Notes: generated by a model from the sequence alone, not told the origin. A stretch of 64,000 bases of DNA from an uncultured Acidobacteriota bacterium (GCA_963770895.1 CAVYRF010000001.1:832001-896000), one strand, 5' to 3'; numbered from the stretch's first letter, positions 27,382 through 37,153 are shown. Program-made: numbers and translations.

Positions 27382-29279
27382 TCGACTTGCCGGCCGCGTC
27401 CGCGTCCGCGCCCGCCGCCTGGGCGGCGCGCAGGATTCTTCTGGCCGGCGCCGGCACGCTGCTCGTGGGGCTCATGTGGACGGGCTCGGCCCCTGCCCTG
27501 AGCCCACCGGAGAGCGTCCAGGTCGTATTCGGCGTCAAGATCCCGCTGCGTGACGGCGTGCGGCTGGGCGCCACGCTCTACCTCCCGGCGGGCGTCCCGG
27601 CGGGCGCCGGCGCGGTGCCGGTGATCTTCCGCATGACCCCGTACGTTTCGGACGGCTTTCATCCCGAGGCCCTCTACCTGGCGCGCCGGGGCTTTGCCTT
27701 CGCGGCGGTGGACGTGCGGGGGCGCGGCAACTCGGAGGGGTCCTTCGAGCCCTGGGTCGACGACGGCCGCGACGGCTACGACGTCGCCGAATGGCTGGCG
27801 GGCCAGCGGTGGGCCAACGGCAGGGTGGGCATGGTGGGGGAGTCGTACTGCGGGCGGGCGGTCTGGAGCACCCTCAAGGAGGCGCCGCCGCACCTGGCGA
27901 GCGCCGTGCCCATCGCCGCCGGGTCCGGCATGCGCTTCTGGAACGACATCCTGGGACCGGACACCTTGCAGTCGATCGCCCAGACCGCGGGAGTCACCAA
28001 CAACGAACACCTGGCCTTCGATCCGGCGTTCTGGGCCGGCAAGTACCGCGAGCTGTACCTGCGGCACCTGCCGCTGCGCCGGCTGGACAGCCTGGCCGGC
28101 TTCCCCTCGGAGATCTTCCAGCGCTTCCTCGACCACCCCACGCCGGATGCCTTCTGGGAGTCCATGGTGCCCGGACCGGCGGACTTCCGCCGCCTGCGCC
28201 TGCCGATCCTGACCATCACCGGCGCCTACGACATCAACCAGGCCAGCGCTCTGCACGCCTACCGCGAATACCGCGATGCCGCGGCGGCGCGCGGGGACGC
28301 CGCGGGGCGGTCGTTTCTCCTGCTCGGGCCGTGGGATCACGCCGGCACGCTGCGCCCGCGGCGCCAGGTCGGCGGCATCGACTTCAGTGCGGCGAGCGCC
28401 ATCGACATGCCCCGCCTGCTGGCGGACTGGTTCAGCTATTCGCTGCGCGACGGCCCGCCGCCCCCCCTGCTGGCCCAGGGCGTGGCTTATTACGTCATCG
28501 GCACGGAGCAGTGGCGCCAGGACCACGACCTGGATGCGATCTCCGGCGCGCCGCTGGACCTCTACCTGGCCTCCGACGGCGACGCCGGCTCGCTGTTTCA
28601 CTCCGGCCGGCTCGCCCTGGAGCCGCCCGGCAGCGTGCCGGCGCCGCCGGCGCCCGCGGCCGATCCCGCCCTGGCGCCGTCTCCGGGCGCCGCGCTGGAT
28701 CGCTATGTCTACGACCCCCTGGACGTTCGCCCGGCCGCGACGGAGCTGGACGAAGTCGACGCCTGGGTGACCGACCAGCGGCAGGCGGTCGCCCTGCACG
28801 GCGACGGCATCGTCTTCCACTCCGAACCGCTGCCGCGCGACACGGACATCGCCGGCGCACCGCGGCTCGACGCGTGGCTGTCGATGGACGTGCCGGACGC
28901 CGACATCGAAGCAACCCTTTCGCTGATCGACCCGCACGGTGGCAGCGTCCTGCTGGGCGCCCAGACGCTGCGCGCCCGATACCGCCAATCCCTGGAGCGC
29001 CAACAGCTGGTGCACCCCGGTGCCGTCGAGCTCTACCAGTTCACCTTTCCATTCCTCACCCGGCGCCTGCCCGCCGGCAGCCGCCTGCGCCTGGTCGTGC
29101 GATCGCCCAACTCGATCTACGCCGTCAAGAACTACTGCGCCGGCGGGGTGGTCGCCGACGAGTCGGGCCGCGACGCCCGCACTGCCCACATCGCGCTCCA
29201 CCACGACGCCCGCTACAGGAGCCGCCTGCGGCTGCCGCTGGCGCGCCCGGAGGGTGGAGAGCAGCATGTGCGCCACTGA
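27378..29279 (+). CDS. CocE/NonD-family serine hydrolase (S15-like), exported
   Basis: IPLRDGVRL, TPY, DVRGRGNSEG, GMVGESYCG and GPWDH. ATGA overlap with the upstream gene. Confidence 0.92.
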   Translation: MIDLPAASASAPAAWAARRILLAGAGTLLVGLMWTGSAPALSPPESVQVVFGVKIPLRDGVRLGATLYLPAGVPAGAGAVPVIFRMTPYVSDGFHPEALYLARRGFAFAAVDVRGRGNSEGSFEPWVDDGRDGYDVAEWLAGQRWANGRVGMVGESYCGRAVWSTLKEAPPHLASAVPIAAGSGMRFWNDILGPDTLQSIAQTAGVTNNEHLAFDPAFWAGKYRELYLRHLPLRRLDSLAGFPSEIFQRFLDHPTPDAFWESMVPGPADFRRLRLPILTITGAYDINQASALHAYREYRDAAAARGDAAGRSFLLLGPWDHAGTLRPRRQVGGIDFSAASAIDMPRLLADWFSYSLRDGPPPPLLAQGVAYYVIGTEQWRQDHDLDAISGAPLDLYLASDGDAGSLFHSGRLALEPPGSVPAPPAPAADPALAPSPGAALDRYVYDPLDVRPAATELDEVDAWVTDQRQAVALHGDGIVFHSEPLPRDTDIAGAPRLDAWLSMDVPDADIEATLSLIDPHGGSVLLGAQTLRARYRQSLERQQLVHPGAVELYQFTFPFLTRRLPAGSRLRLVVRSPNSIYAVKNYCAGGVVADESGRDARTAHIALHHDARYRSRLRLPLARPEGGEQHVRH

Positions 29280-29445
29280 TGCCGGCCCAGACCCGGCTGC
29301 CCCCCACTCAGCAACTACGCGACAGAGTAGATGTATCTGCACGGCGTAAAGAAGATTTTGCTTGACATAGGCTGCCGCAGGCTGCGAACCTCACCCCGAT
29401 CGTCGGCCTCCTGCTGACGCCCTCCGAATCAAGGAGTCATACCTT

Positions 29446-29583
29446 ATGAAGAAGACCTCCGTTCGTATCTCGGTTTGCCGCGAGACGCTGGTGTCCCTCG
29501 TCCCGAAAGACGTTGCGAGCGTCGTGGCCGGTATCTCCGCGGTATGTACCCATGGCGTCATCTGCGACACCCACGCCTGCTGA
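29446..29583 (+). CDS. Lanthipeptide-like RiPP precursor, 45 aa (below the ORF-track cut-off)
   Basis: AAGGAG RBS. Manual translation MKKTSVRISVCRETLVSLVPKDVASVVAG/ISAVCTHGVICDTHAC*. Confidence 0.7.
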   Translation: MKKTSVRISVCRETLVSLVPKDVASVVAGISAVCTHGVICDTHAC

Positions 29584-29637
29584 CGATCGAATTTTCCTTT
29601 TGTGGTTCCCCGGCTGGGCGGGGAAGCCCATGGGGCA

Positions 29638-30495
29638 CTAGGGCTGCGCCACCTGGAACGGATAGACCGCGACGGCGAAGCGGCGGCCGCCTTCGCGCAC
29701 GCCCTCCAGGGTCAAGCGATAGACGCCTGGCGGCAGCATGCGGGTGGGGAGGAGGACGGCCAGCGAGTCCCGGCTGTCCGGGCGGAGGCCATCGGCTTTC
29801 CAGACCTCCAGGCCCGCGGCGGTCCGCAAGGCGGCGTGGTAGGACGGATAGTCGACGCTCGCCAGCTCCATGGCGAGGACGATGGATTCGGTGGCGGGGG
29901 AAAGCGTCAGGCGGTTCACCGGCGCCCTGCCGGCCTCTTCGCCGCCGCGCACCGCCGCCAGCACCGCGATCGGCAGGTTGACCTGGGGGCGCAGGGCGTC
30001 GCGTTCGGCGGCGGCACGCGCCTGGCGCTCGCGCGCCAGGTCCTGCGTGAAGCGCTGGCGATCGCCGGCGGCGCTCTGCCGCAGGGCCTGTACCTGTGTC
30101 GCAAGGCTCGCGAGCCGCGCCGCTGCCGTCTGGGCAGTCGGCGCCGCGGCAAGCCACCGCTCGCGGCCCAAGGCGCGTGCCACCAGCCAGCCGCACGGCA
30201 GGGCGACCAGCAGCAGTAGCAGGCCGCCCAGCGCCAGGCGGTGCCGGGAGGAGAGGAGGGCGAGGGCGGCGAGCAGGCCGACGCGACTCTTCGCGGTGTC
30301 CTCGGCGGCCACCTGCCGCATGCCGGCGCCGAATTCGCTGGCCGCTTCCAGCTGCTCCAGGCAGGCCGCGCAGTCGAAGTAGTGCGCTTCGAACGCGGTG
30401 CGCTCGCCCTCGCTCAGCCGGTCGGCCAGGTAGAGCTCGACGAAGCCATGCTCCTCGGCGTAGGCGTGATCGACAGTGATGCTCACCAGGTTCAT
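29638..30495 (-). CDS. Zinc-finger (zf-HC2) anti-sigma factor with TM helix, coiled coil and C-terminal beta domain
   Basis: FEAHYFDCAAC (HxxxCxxC) and a TM helix. ATGA overlap with the ECF sigma gene. Confidence 0.88.
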   Translation of the reverse strand: MNLVSITVDHAYAEEHGFVELYLADRLSEGERTAFEAHYFDCAACLEQLEAASEFGAGMRQVAAEDTAKSRVGLLAALALLSSRHRLALGGLLLLLVALPCGWLVARALGRERWLAAAPTAQTAAARLASLATQVQALRQSAAGDRQRFTQDLARERQARAAAERDALRPQVNLPIAVLAAVRGGEEAGRAPVNRLTLSPATESIVLAMELASVDYPSYHAALRTAAGLEVWKADGLRPDSRDSLAVLLPTRMLPPGVYRLTLEGVREGGRRFAVAVYPFQVAQP

Positions 30496-31106
30496 CCGTC
30501 CTCCTGCGGCCTGCGCTCGGCGCGCCGCGGCGCGGGCGGTGGCGGCGCGGCTCCTTGCCGCAGCTCGAAGAGCTGGCGGTAGCGCTGGCGGGCGCGGAAC
30601 AGCACCCGATTGAAGTGCAGATCGGAGAGGTCCAGGTCGCGGCAGATCTCTTCCTTGTCCTGGTCGCCGATGTAGTAGCGGGCGAGGATGTTGCGATCGC
30701 GGTCGTTCTTGAGCTCGGCCAGCACCTGGCGGACGGCGGCCGCCCGCTCCCGCGCCAGGAGTGCCGCCAGCTGGCCGGGAGCCGGATCGGGCGCGGCCTC
30801 GGCGGCCTCACTGCCGCCTTGCCAACGCTCGCGCCGGCTGCCTCGGCGGACCGCACCCAGGAAGAGGTTCCTGGCCATGCTGCTGACGAAGCCCGGGAGG
30901 CCCTCCGCGTCGCGCAGCTCACCGGCCCTGACCTTTTGGATCACCAGGCGGAAGGTCTCCTGGTAGAGATCTTCCGCCGCGGCCTCGTCCCGCGCCAGCC
31001 GGCGCAACAGGAAGGTGACCGCGCGGCTGAACCGCTCCACCAACTCGGCCTCGGCGGCCGGATCGCCGGCGACGATCCGGCGGACCAGGTCGGCCGTCTG
31101 GGTCAT
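30492..31106 (-). CDS. ECF sigma-70 factor
   Basis: LVRRIVAGDPAAEAELVERF, AEDLYQETF, and region 4 EEICRDLDLS...NRVLFRARQR. Confidence 0.92.
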   Translation of the reverse strand: MTQTADLVRRIVAGDPAAEAELVERFSRAVTFLLRRLARDEAAAEDLYQETFRLVIQKVRAGELRDAEGLPGFVSSMARNLFLGAVRRGSRRERWQGGSEAAEAAPDPAPGQLAALLARERAAAVRQVLAELKNDRDRNILARYYIGDQDKEEICRDLDLSDLHFNRVLFRARQRYRQLFELRQGAAPPPPAPRRAERRPQEDG

Positions 31107-31161
31107 GATCCCCCCTTGGGCGCAGGGGGGGATCATAGCTCAACCTGCAAGCAGCCTCAGC

Positions 31162-31542
31162 CTATCCGCGGTGGCCGGCCGGCGGCAGCGTCGCCTGTGC
31201 CGCAAAGGTGCCGGGATCGCCGGTGACCTCGGTGCCGCGCAGCACTCCCGTGAGCTGACGCTCTCCGGCCACCAGGCCGACGCCCGCTTCCGCCAGCAGG
31301 TAGGCGGCGCCCTTCACCTCGACGAAGGACTGGTACAGGGCGCCGCCGAAAAGCGGCGTCCAGCGCAGCCTCAGGGAGCGCGGCTCGCCCGCGGCGTCGT
31401 TCCAAACCAGCTGGCAACCGAAGTCGCCGTCGCCGCTGACCGAGAGCGGCTGGTCGACCGCCAGGAGGTCGCCGGGCATCCCGTCCCCCGGTTCCCAGGC
31501 CAGAACCGTATAGGTGCCGATGAAGTCGTCTCGCGTGTTCAA
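31162..31542 (-). CDS. Hypothetical protein (126 aa) inside the CHAT-sigma operon
   Basis: TTG start with AAGGAG RBS; beta-rich sequence; lies between the CHAT and sigma genes. Confidence 0.7.
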   Translation of the reverse strand: MNTRDDFIGTYTVLAWEPGDGMPGDLLAVDQPLSVSGDGDFGCQLVWNDAAGEPRSLRLRWTPLFGGALYQSFVEVKGAAYLLAEAGVGLVAGERQLTGVLRGTEVTGDPGTFAAQATLPPAGHRG

Positions 31543-31635
31543 ATCGCTCTCCTTGATTGCGCGCCTGCGGCTGGATCGCCGCTCTTACAGCCTCAGGTGA
31601 CGCGAGGCCAGGGTTTATCTCAGGCCGCCAGGCCG

Positions 31636-34600
31636 TCAGCGCCAGTCGCCCTGTGCCACGAAACCGCTCCAGTAGTAGGGCGACCGCCAGCGCCGGTCGT
31701 GGCGGACGGCGAGCTGGGCCAGGCGCAGCGCCGCGGGCGCCGACCGCCGTTCGATCAACAGACCCTTGTAGAAGCGCGACATCAGCGCCGCCGTCGCGCG
31801 ATCCTCAACCCGCCAGAGGCTGGCGACCACCTGCCGGGCGCCGGCATAGAGAAAACCTTGCGTCAGCCCCACCAACCCCTCGCCCCGCACCTGCTTGCCA
31901 AGCGCGGTCTCACAACCCGAGAGGACCACCAGATCGGCCCCGAGCTGCAGGTTGTAGATGTCGCCCAGCCCGAGAAACCCTTCGCGCGGCGCTCCGCTCT
32001 CGCCGACGCGCGACAGCATGAGGCCGGAGAGGGCGGGCGTCCGCGAATCGATGACGCCGTGGGTCGCGAAATGGACGATGCGGTAACGCGCCATGGCCGG
32101 CGACAGGGCGGTCTCGCGGCTGGCCTGAAAGTCGAGGGCCAGCAGCGTTTCGCCGGCGGGAGCGATCGCGGCGATCGCCTGCGCCTCGCGCCGGGTCCAG
32201 GGAAGCCTGGGGAATGGCTCGTCCGCCGCCTCGCCGCGCAATCGCGACTGGGCGCCGCCCGCCGTCCCGAGCTGCCGGCCGGCCGCGGGCACCCGCGGGT
32301 CCGCGGCCGCGAACACCGGATCGGCCAGCACCGCCACCAGCTCCGGAGCGGGGACCCGGCGCGTGCTGCGCCGCTCTGCGGCCACCACCGAGGCCGACGG
32401 AGCGATGACAATCTCGTGCGTGGCGAGCAGCGGCGCGCCGGCGGCGGTAGCTGCGGCAGACCCGGCACCGGCAGCCTGCGGCGCGGGCACCGGCACCGGC
32501 AGCATGCCGAAGGGCACGTACTGCAGATCGCCGTCGGCGACGATGACCAGGCGCCTGGCGCCCAGCCGCCCGGCGACCGGGCCGAGCAGCATGCGAGCCA
32601 GTTTCGCCGCCGCGTCCACGCCTGCACGCCCGGACTCCAGGGCGCTCCAGCGAGCGTGGACCGCCCGCGCGGCGGCCTCGATCCGCGCGCGCGCCGGCAG
32701 CTCGAAACCGGTCACCGCGTCCCGCTCGACCGCCCACAGGAAGCTCCGCTCCTCGCCCAAGGCGTATTCGAGCAGCAACGTGTCGCCGTCCAGCAGCTCC
32801 TGCACCTCGCGGCTGGTGGCCGGCGCCGGATGGGTGAGCGCCGCGTAGCGCGGGCTGTCGCGGCGGATCTCCGCCTCCACCTGGGCCAGCTCGTCGAGCA
32901 CGGAGCGGATCTCGTCCTCGCCGGCCCGCCGCCGTCGCTCGGCGGCCGGCGCCCGCAGCAGCTCGGCCATGCGGCTCGCCTTGGCGTTGAGCCGCACCAG
33001 CAATGAGCGCTCGCGTTCGCGCAGCGCCGGCGCGACCCCGGCGCGAATGTCGGCATGCGCCTCCGCGAGCAGGTCGAGCAGGCTGCGGGCGCGCTCGCGC
33101 TCGCTGACTTCGAGCGCCCGGCGCGCGTACCCCTGTGCGGGGGCCTTGCGGTCGAGCTCCATCAGGAGGTCGATCTCGAGCTCGAACGCCTTGCGCTGCG
33201 AGGCCAGGAAGGAAGCGCGCAGATCGGGGTCGCTGTCCGTGCCGCGCAGGGTCTCGATCAGACCCAGGGCCTCTTCGACGTGCGCGCGGGCCGCCGCCGG
33301 CCGATCCAGCCGGCGCTCGGCCGCGGCGAGCGCCGTCAGGACGCCCGCGGTGCGGGCCGGGCTCGCCACGGCGCGCGCCAGCTCCAGCGCGCGATCCAGC
33401 ACCGGCGCCGCGTCCTGCGGTCGGTGCAGGGCCAGGTGGGCCTCACCGGTGACCTGGAGCACCGAGACGCCGTCGATGCGGTCCTCCAGCAGGTGCGCCA
33501 GCTCGTCCGCCCTGGCCAGCTCGGAGAGCGCCGCGGCCGGCGCCCCGGAGGCAACGTCCACCTTCGCCACCAGGAGCCGCGCCAGCAGTTCGCCGCCGCG
33601 ATCCGCGGCGGCGCTCGCCACTGCCGTGGCGCGCTCGCCCGCCGCCAGCGCCGGCGCCACCTGGCCGAGCTGGAAGGCGGTCTGACCCAGGTTGATCGCG
33701 CTCCGCACCTCGCCCTTCCTGTCCCCCGCGTCGCGGCGGATCGCCAGCGCCTCCGCGAAGTCGGCGTGCGCCCGCTGGAAGTCGCCCAGCCCGTAGTAGG
33801 CGCTGCCGCGATTGTGCAGCACCGAGGCTTCCCACAGCCGGTCGCCGGTGCGGCGGAAGATCGCCAGCGCCGGGCCGTACGCATCGAGCGCCTTGCCGAA
33901 TTCGCCGAGATTGCCGTAGAGGACTCCCAGGTTGTTGAGGGTCCGCGCCTCTGCCTTCGCATCGCCCAGCGAGCGCTGGCGCGCCAGGACCTGCCGATGG
34001 CTCTCCAGCGCCGCCTCCGGCTCGCCCAGGCCGATCTGGGCCGCCGCGAGGTTCTGCATGACGGCGGCCTCCCAGGCGCCTCGTTCCCCCGCGCGCCGCA
34101 ACAGGGCGAGCGCCTGTTCGTAGAGGCCCACCGCCTGCCGCAGGTCCCCCTGCGCGTGGCGAGCCAGGCCCAGGTCGTTGAGCGCCTCGCCTTCCAGGTC
34201 GGGCCGGCCGAGCCGGCGCGCCAGCTCCAGCGCGCGGCCCTGCGCCGCGACGGCCGGGTCTCCCAGCGCCGTGCGGGCAAGCCCGATGCCGCGCCACGCC
34301 GCCTCCTGGCCGCGCTCGTCCGCCAGCTCCTCGAAGCGCACCAAGGCCTGCTCGAAGAGCTCCAAGGCCGCCTTGGGCTGTCCGAGCGAGGCGTGCACCT
34401 CGGCGGCCGAGAGCGCGCATCTCGCCTCCTCGGACCGCCGCCCCAGTGCGTGCCAGCGGGTCAGCGCCTCCAGGTAGTCCGCGCCGCTGCGGCGCAACGA
34501 CTGCGCCGAGCCCTCCCGGTTGTGCGCCGCCGCCTCCGTCATCAGGCGTTCCGCGACCAGCCGCTCGCGGTCGGCGGGAGTCGCCGCGGGCAGCGCTTCC

Positions 34601-35013
34601 ACGCGCAAGACGTAGGAGCCGGGCGCGGCGCCCGGACTTGGCGCCCGCACCAGGATCTCGAGCGGACCGGTGGCATCCCGCGGCACCAACAAGGACTCCG
34701 GGCCGTCGCGTCGCGTCGGCCCGTCGACGGCGACCAGGGTCGGTCCGCCGGGGCGCCGCAGCGCCAACTCGACGTCGATCCCCTGCTGTTCCGCCGTCAC
34801 CAGAAGTGGAACGTCGGGAGCGGCTACGAGGTCGAAGACATGGCACTCGCCACCCGCCATCGACCGCTCGACGGCGGCCTCCGGCTGGAGCTGCAGGCGC
34901 GGCGGCGCGACTTCACCCGGAAGAAACGGCCACGCCGCGGCGGCCCCGCCGCAGACGGCCAGGCACAGAACGCAGTACAGGGCGCGGCGACGCTCAGGAC
35001 CCTCGGCGCGCAG
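31636..35013 (-). CDS. Exported TPR-CHAT (caspase-like) protease
   Basis: TPR array and intact dyad IVHFATHG / VVLSGCETALG. The frame stays open upstream of the track start (34860) to a CTG at 35013 after AAAGGAG, adding the signal peptide RRRALYCVLCLAVCGGAAAA. Confidence 0.92.
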   Translation of the reverse strand: MRAEGPERRRALYCVLCLAVCGGAAAAWPFLPGEVAPPRLQLQPEAAVERSMAGGECHVFDLVAAPDVPLLVTAEQQGIDVELALRRPGGPTLVAVDGPTRRDGPESLLVPRDATGPLEILVRAPSPGAAPGSYVLRVEALPAATPADRERLVAERLMTEAAAHNREGSAQSLRRSGADYLEALTRWHALGRRSEEARCALSAAEVHASLGQPKAALELFEQALVRFEELADERGQEAAWRGIGLARTALGDPAVAAQGRALELARRLGRPDLEGEALNDLGLARHAQGDLRQAVGLYEQALALLRRAGERGAWEAAVMQNLAAAQIGLGEPEAALESHRQVLARQRSLGDAKAEARTLNNLGVLYGNLGEFGKALDAYGPALAIFRRTGDRLWEASVLHNRGSAYYGLGDFQRAHADFAEALAIRRDAGDRKGEVRSAINLGQTAFQLGQVAPALAAGERATAVASAAADRGGELLARLLVAKVDVASGAPAAALSELARADELAHLLEDRIDGVSVLQVTGEAHLALHRPQDAAPVLDRALELARAVASPARTAGVLTALAAAERRLDRPAAARAHVEEALGLIETLRGTDSDPDLRASFLASQRKAFELEIDLLMELDRKAPAQGYARRALEVSERERARSLLDLLAEAHADIRAGVAPALRERERSLLVRLNAKASRMAELLRAPAAERRRRAGEDEIRSVLDELAQVEAEIRRDSPRYAALTHPAPATSREVQELLDGDTLLLEYALGEERSFLWAVERDAVTGFELPARARIEAAARAVHARWSALESGRAGVDAAAKLARMLLGPVAGRLGARRLVIVADGDLQYVPFGMLPVPVPAPQAAGAGSAAATAAGAPLLATHEIVIAPSASVVAAERRSTRRVPAPELVAVLADPVFAAADPRVPAAGRQLGTAGGAQSRLRGEAADEPFPRLPWTRREAQAIAAIAPAGETLLALDFQASRETALSPAMARYRIVHFATHGVIDSRTPALSGLMLSRVGESGAPREGFLGLGDIYNLQLGADLVVLSGCETALGKQVRGEGLVGLTQGFLYAGARQVVASLWRVEDRATAALMSRFYKGLLIERRSAPAALRLAQLAVRHDRRWRSPYYWSGFVAQGDWR

Positions 35014-35186
35014 CTGGGCTCCTTTTGATGAGGCCGTGATCGTACCACCGCCGCTGCGATCGGGTGAGATAAGGCGCCGGGTCGAGGCACCTATCGCTCG
35101 TCAGCCCATCAACCAGCCCCCAGCACGCAGGGGCACCACCGGAAGGGGCAGTAGGCTCCCCGGTCGGAACCGAAAGGAGACCGCAA

Positions 35187-35687
35187 ATGCGACGCAAGCT
35201 CACCGTGCTCTTTACCATGGTCTGTTGGTGCCTGGTGGCAGGAAACCTCCTCGCCGCCGAGACCGCCGCGACGACCAAAGCCAAGCCTTCCCCGGCGAGG
35301 GTGCATCCCGGCAGGCTCGACAAGGGCGACCCCGACATGGTGCCCATGTTGGGCTGCGGGGATCTCCTGGTCTACTGGTCGGGCACCAATCCACTCACCG
35401 TCTCGAACGTGGCTTGCGACCACGGGTACTATCAGGGAACTCTTCCTTCCTCGGGAACCTTCATCACGTCCACGACGGCGCAAAGCTCTGTCTACGGCCC
35501 CGACTGCACCTTCACGGTTTCGGGCGGTTCGGCGGTCGTAGTCGTAGAAGCGCAACAGAATTACTGCGCGTTCGAAGCGGGCGCGATCACCGTCAAAGTC
35601 ATCTCCGGCCCTGCTGTCGTCACCAAGACACTGCAAGGCTCGTATGGGCAAAGCCTCCCCGGCCAGGCGTGGGTTACCATCAATTGA
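35187..35687 (+). CDS. Secreted hypothetical protein (166 aa), divergent from the CHAT gene
   Basis: AAAGGAG RBS, signal peptide, beta-rich mature domain with 4 Cys. Confidence 0.8.
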   Translation: MRRKLTVLFTMVCWCLVAGNLLAAETAATTKAKPSPARVHPGRLDKGDPDMVPMLGCGDLLVYWSGTNPLTVSNVACDHGYYQGTLPSSGTFITSTTAQSSVYGPDCTFTVSGGSAVVVVEAQQNYCAFEAGAITVKVISGPAVVTKTLQGSYGQSLPGQAWVTIN

Positions 35688-35745
35688 AGGAGTGCGGCCG
35701 GGCCAACGCGGTCAACCCGCGTTGGCCCGGCGCGCCACGCTCTGG

Positions 35746-36165
35746 TCAGGAGGCAGGCTTGTACAGAAGGCCGATGACCATGCCGGTCAAGGTCCATTGG
35801 ATCAGGTACGCCACCGCGGAATAGACGGTCAGCCGCGCGCCGATGTTCAGGTTGACGTAGTTGTGCACGACGAAGGAACCGATGGCGAACACTCCGATCA
35901 GTGCGCCGAAGGAGGCGCCGCCGGCGAGCCCCGCACCGCTCCTCGCCATCATCGCGTAGAGCACCGCGAGGGCCAGGATCGCCAGGAACATGGCGGCCAT
36001 GCCGACCGGCATATACCCCATCATCGTGTCCTGGGACCTGTAGACCGTGGGGTATTTGCGGAACTCGTCGCGCAGGAACGGCGCCACGGCAAAGGTGATC
36101 CCGCCAAGCACGAAATACGTTACAAAGGCGCCCACCGCTGCCAGAGCAATACGACCGAGGTTCAT
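35746..36165 (-). CDS. Small four-TM membrane protein (DUF1761-like)
   Basis: Four hydrophobic helices. Start at 36165 or 36171. Confidence 0.75.
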   Translation of the reverse strand: MNLGRIALAAVGAFVTYFVLGGITFAVAPFLRDEFRKYPTVYRSQDTMMGYMPVGMAAMFLAILALAVLYAMMARSGAGLAGGASFGALIGVFAIGSFVVHNYVNLNIGARLTVYSAVAYLIQWTLTGMVIGLLYKPAS

Positions 36166-36244
36166 CGGCAATCCTTTCCAGGTGAGGTCATGGTTGGACG
36201 GTAAGCTTGTCTGAGCCGGCGCTGCGCTCGGATGGCCCGCGGTG

Positions 36245-37153
36245 TCAGTCCTTGGGTGGCGGCAGCACCTGGAAGGAGATCTCGGTGCTTCCTGCCGCCG
36301 CCTTGGGGTTGGTGAGCAGCAGGCGATAGGCGCCGGGCGGCAGCAGGCTCGGGGGGAAGCTCAGCACCACGGTGTCTTCCGCGGTGGCGCGCAGGCCGCC
36401 GGCGCTCCAGCGGGTCTGGCCGCCGGCGTCGAGCAGGCTGGCGCTCCAGGTGCCCCTTTCCGGGGAGCCTAGATCGATCGACAGCACGATGCGCTGGGCG
36501 CCGGGAGTCAGGACGATGCGGTTGGCCGGGCCACCGCCCCGCACCAGGCCCAGGGTGTAGAGGGCGACGTTGACTTCGGGACGGGTCAGCTCGGCGACGC
36601 GCACCGCCAGCTCGCCGGCGCGCTGGCGCTCGGCCTTGAGCTGGTCGTCGCGACGCTGCAGCTCCTGGGCAAGACGCTGCTGCTCCGCCTGCCAGGCTGG
36701 CGCGGTGCCCGCTCCGGGAGGGCTGGCGGGAAGCGTGGACGGTGCGATCGCAGTCGCGGTCGCGGTCGCGGGCGGCGGAGGTGAGGCTGGGCGCGGGCCG
36801 GCGGTGGATCCGGCCAGGGCGATCTGGTGGCGCAGGCGGGCGTCTTCGACGAGCAGCACGGCCGGCAGGGCGGCGACCAGCAGCAGGCCGGCGACCAAGC
36901 CGAGGCGGGCGGTCCGGCCCCGACGGACCAGCCAGGCCAGGATGCCGGCTTGGACGGCGCGCTGGTGGGCATCCGCGGCATCGGCGGCCAGGGCCTGCAA
37001 GGAGCCGTGCAGGCGCTCGGCCCACAGCACGCGCTCGCGGCACTCGCCGCAGGCCAGCAGGTGCTCCTCGAACTCGGCTGCCGCGGCCGGGGGAAGGCGA
37101 CCGAGGGCGTAGGACTCGGCGACGCTCCCCTCCTCGATCTCCGCGTGATCCAT
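36245..37153 (-). CDS. Zinc-finger (zf-HC2) anti-sigma factor, second copy
   Basis: GAGGAG RBS and MDHAEIEEG start. FEEHLLACGEC motif, TM helix, coiled coil and LPPGAYRL. Confidence 0.88.
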   Translation of the reverse strand: MDHAEIEEGSVAESYALGRLPPAAAAEFEEHLLACGECRERVLWAERLHGSLQALAADAADAHQRAVQAGILAWLVRRGRTARLGLVAGLLLVAALPAVLLVEDARLRHQIALAGSTAGPRPASPPPPATATATAIAPSTLPASPPGAGTAPAWQAEQQRLAQELQRRDDQLKAERQRAGELAVRVAELTRPEVNVALYTLGLVRGGGPANRIVLTPGAQRIVLSIDLGSPERGTWSASLLDAGGQTRWSAGGLRATAEDTVVLSFPPSLLPPGAYRLLLTNPKAAAGSTEISFQVLPPPKD

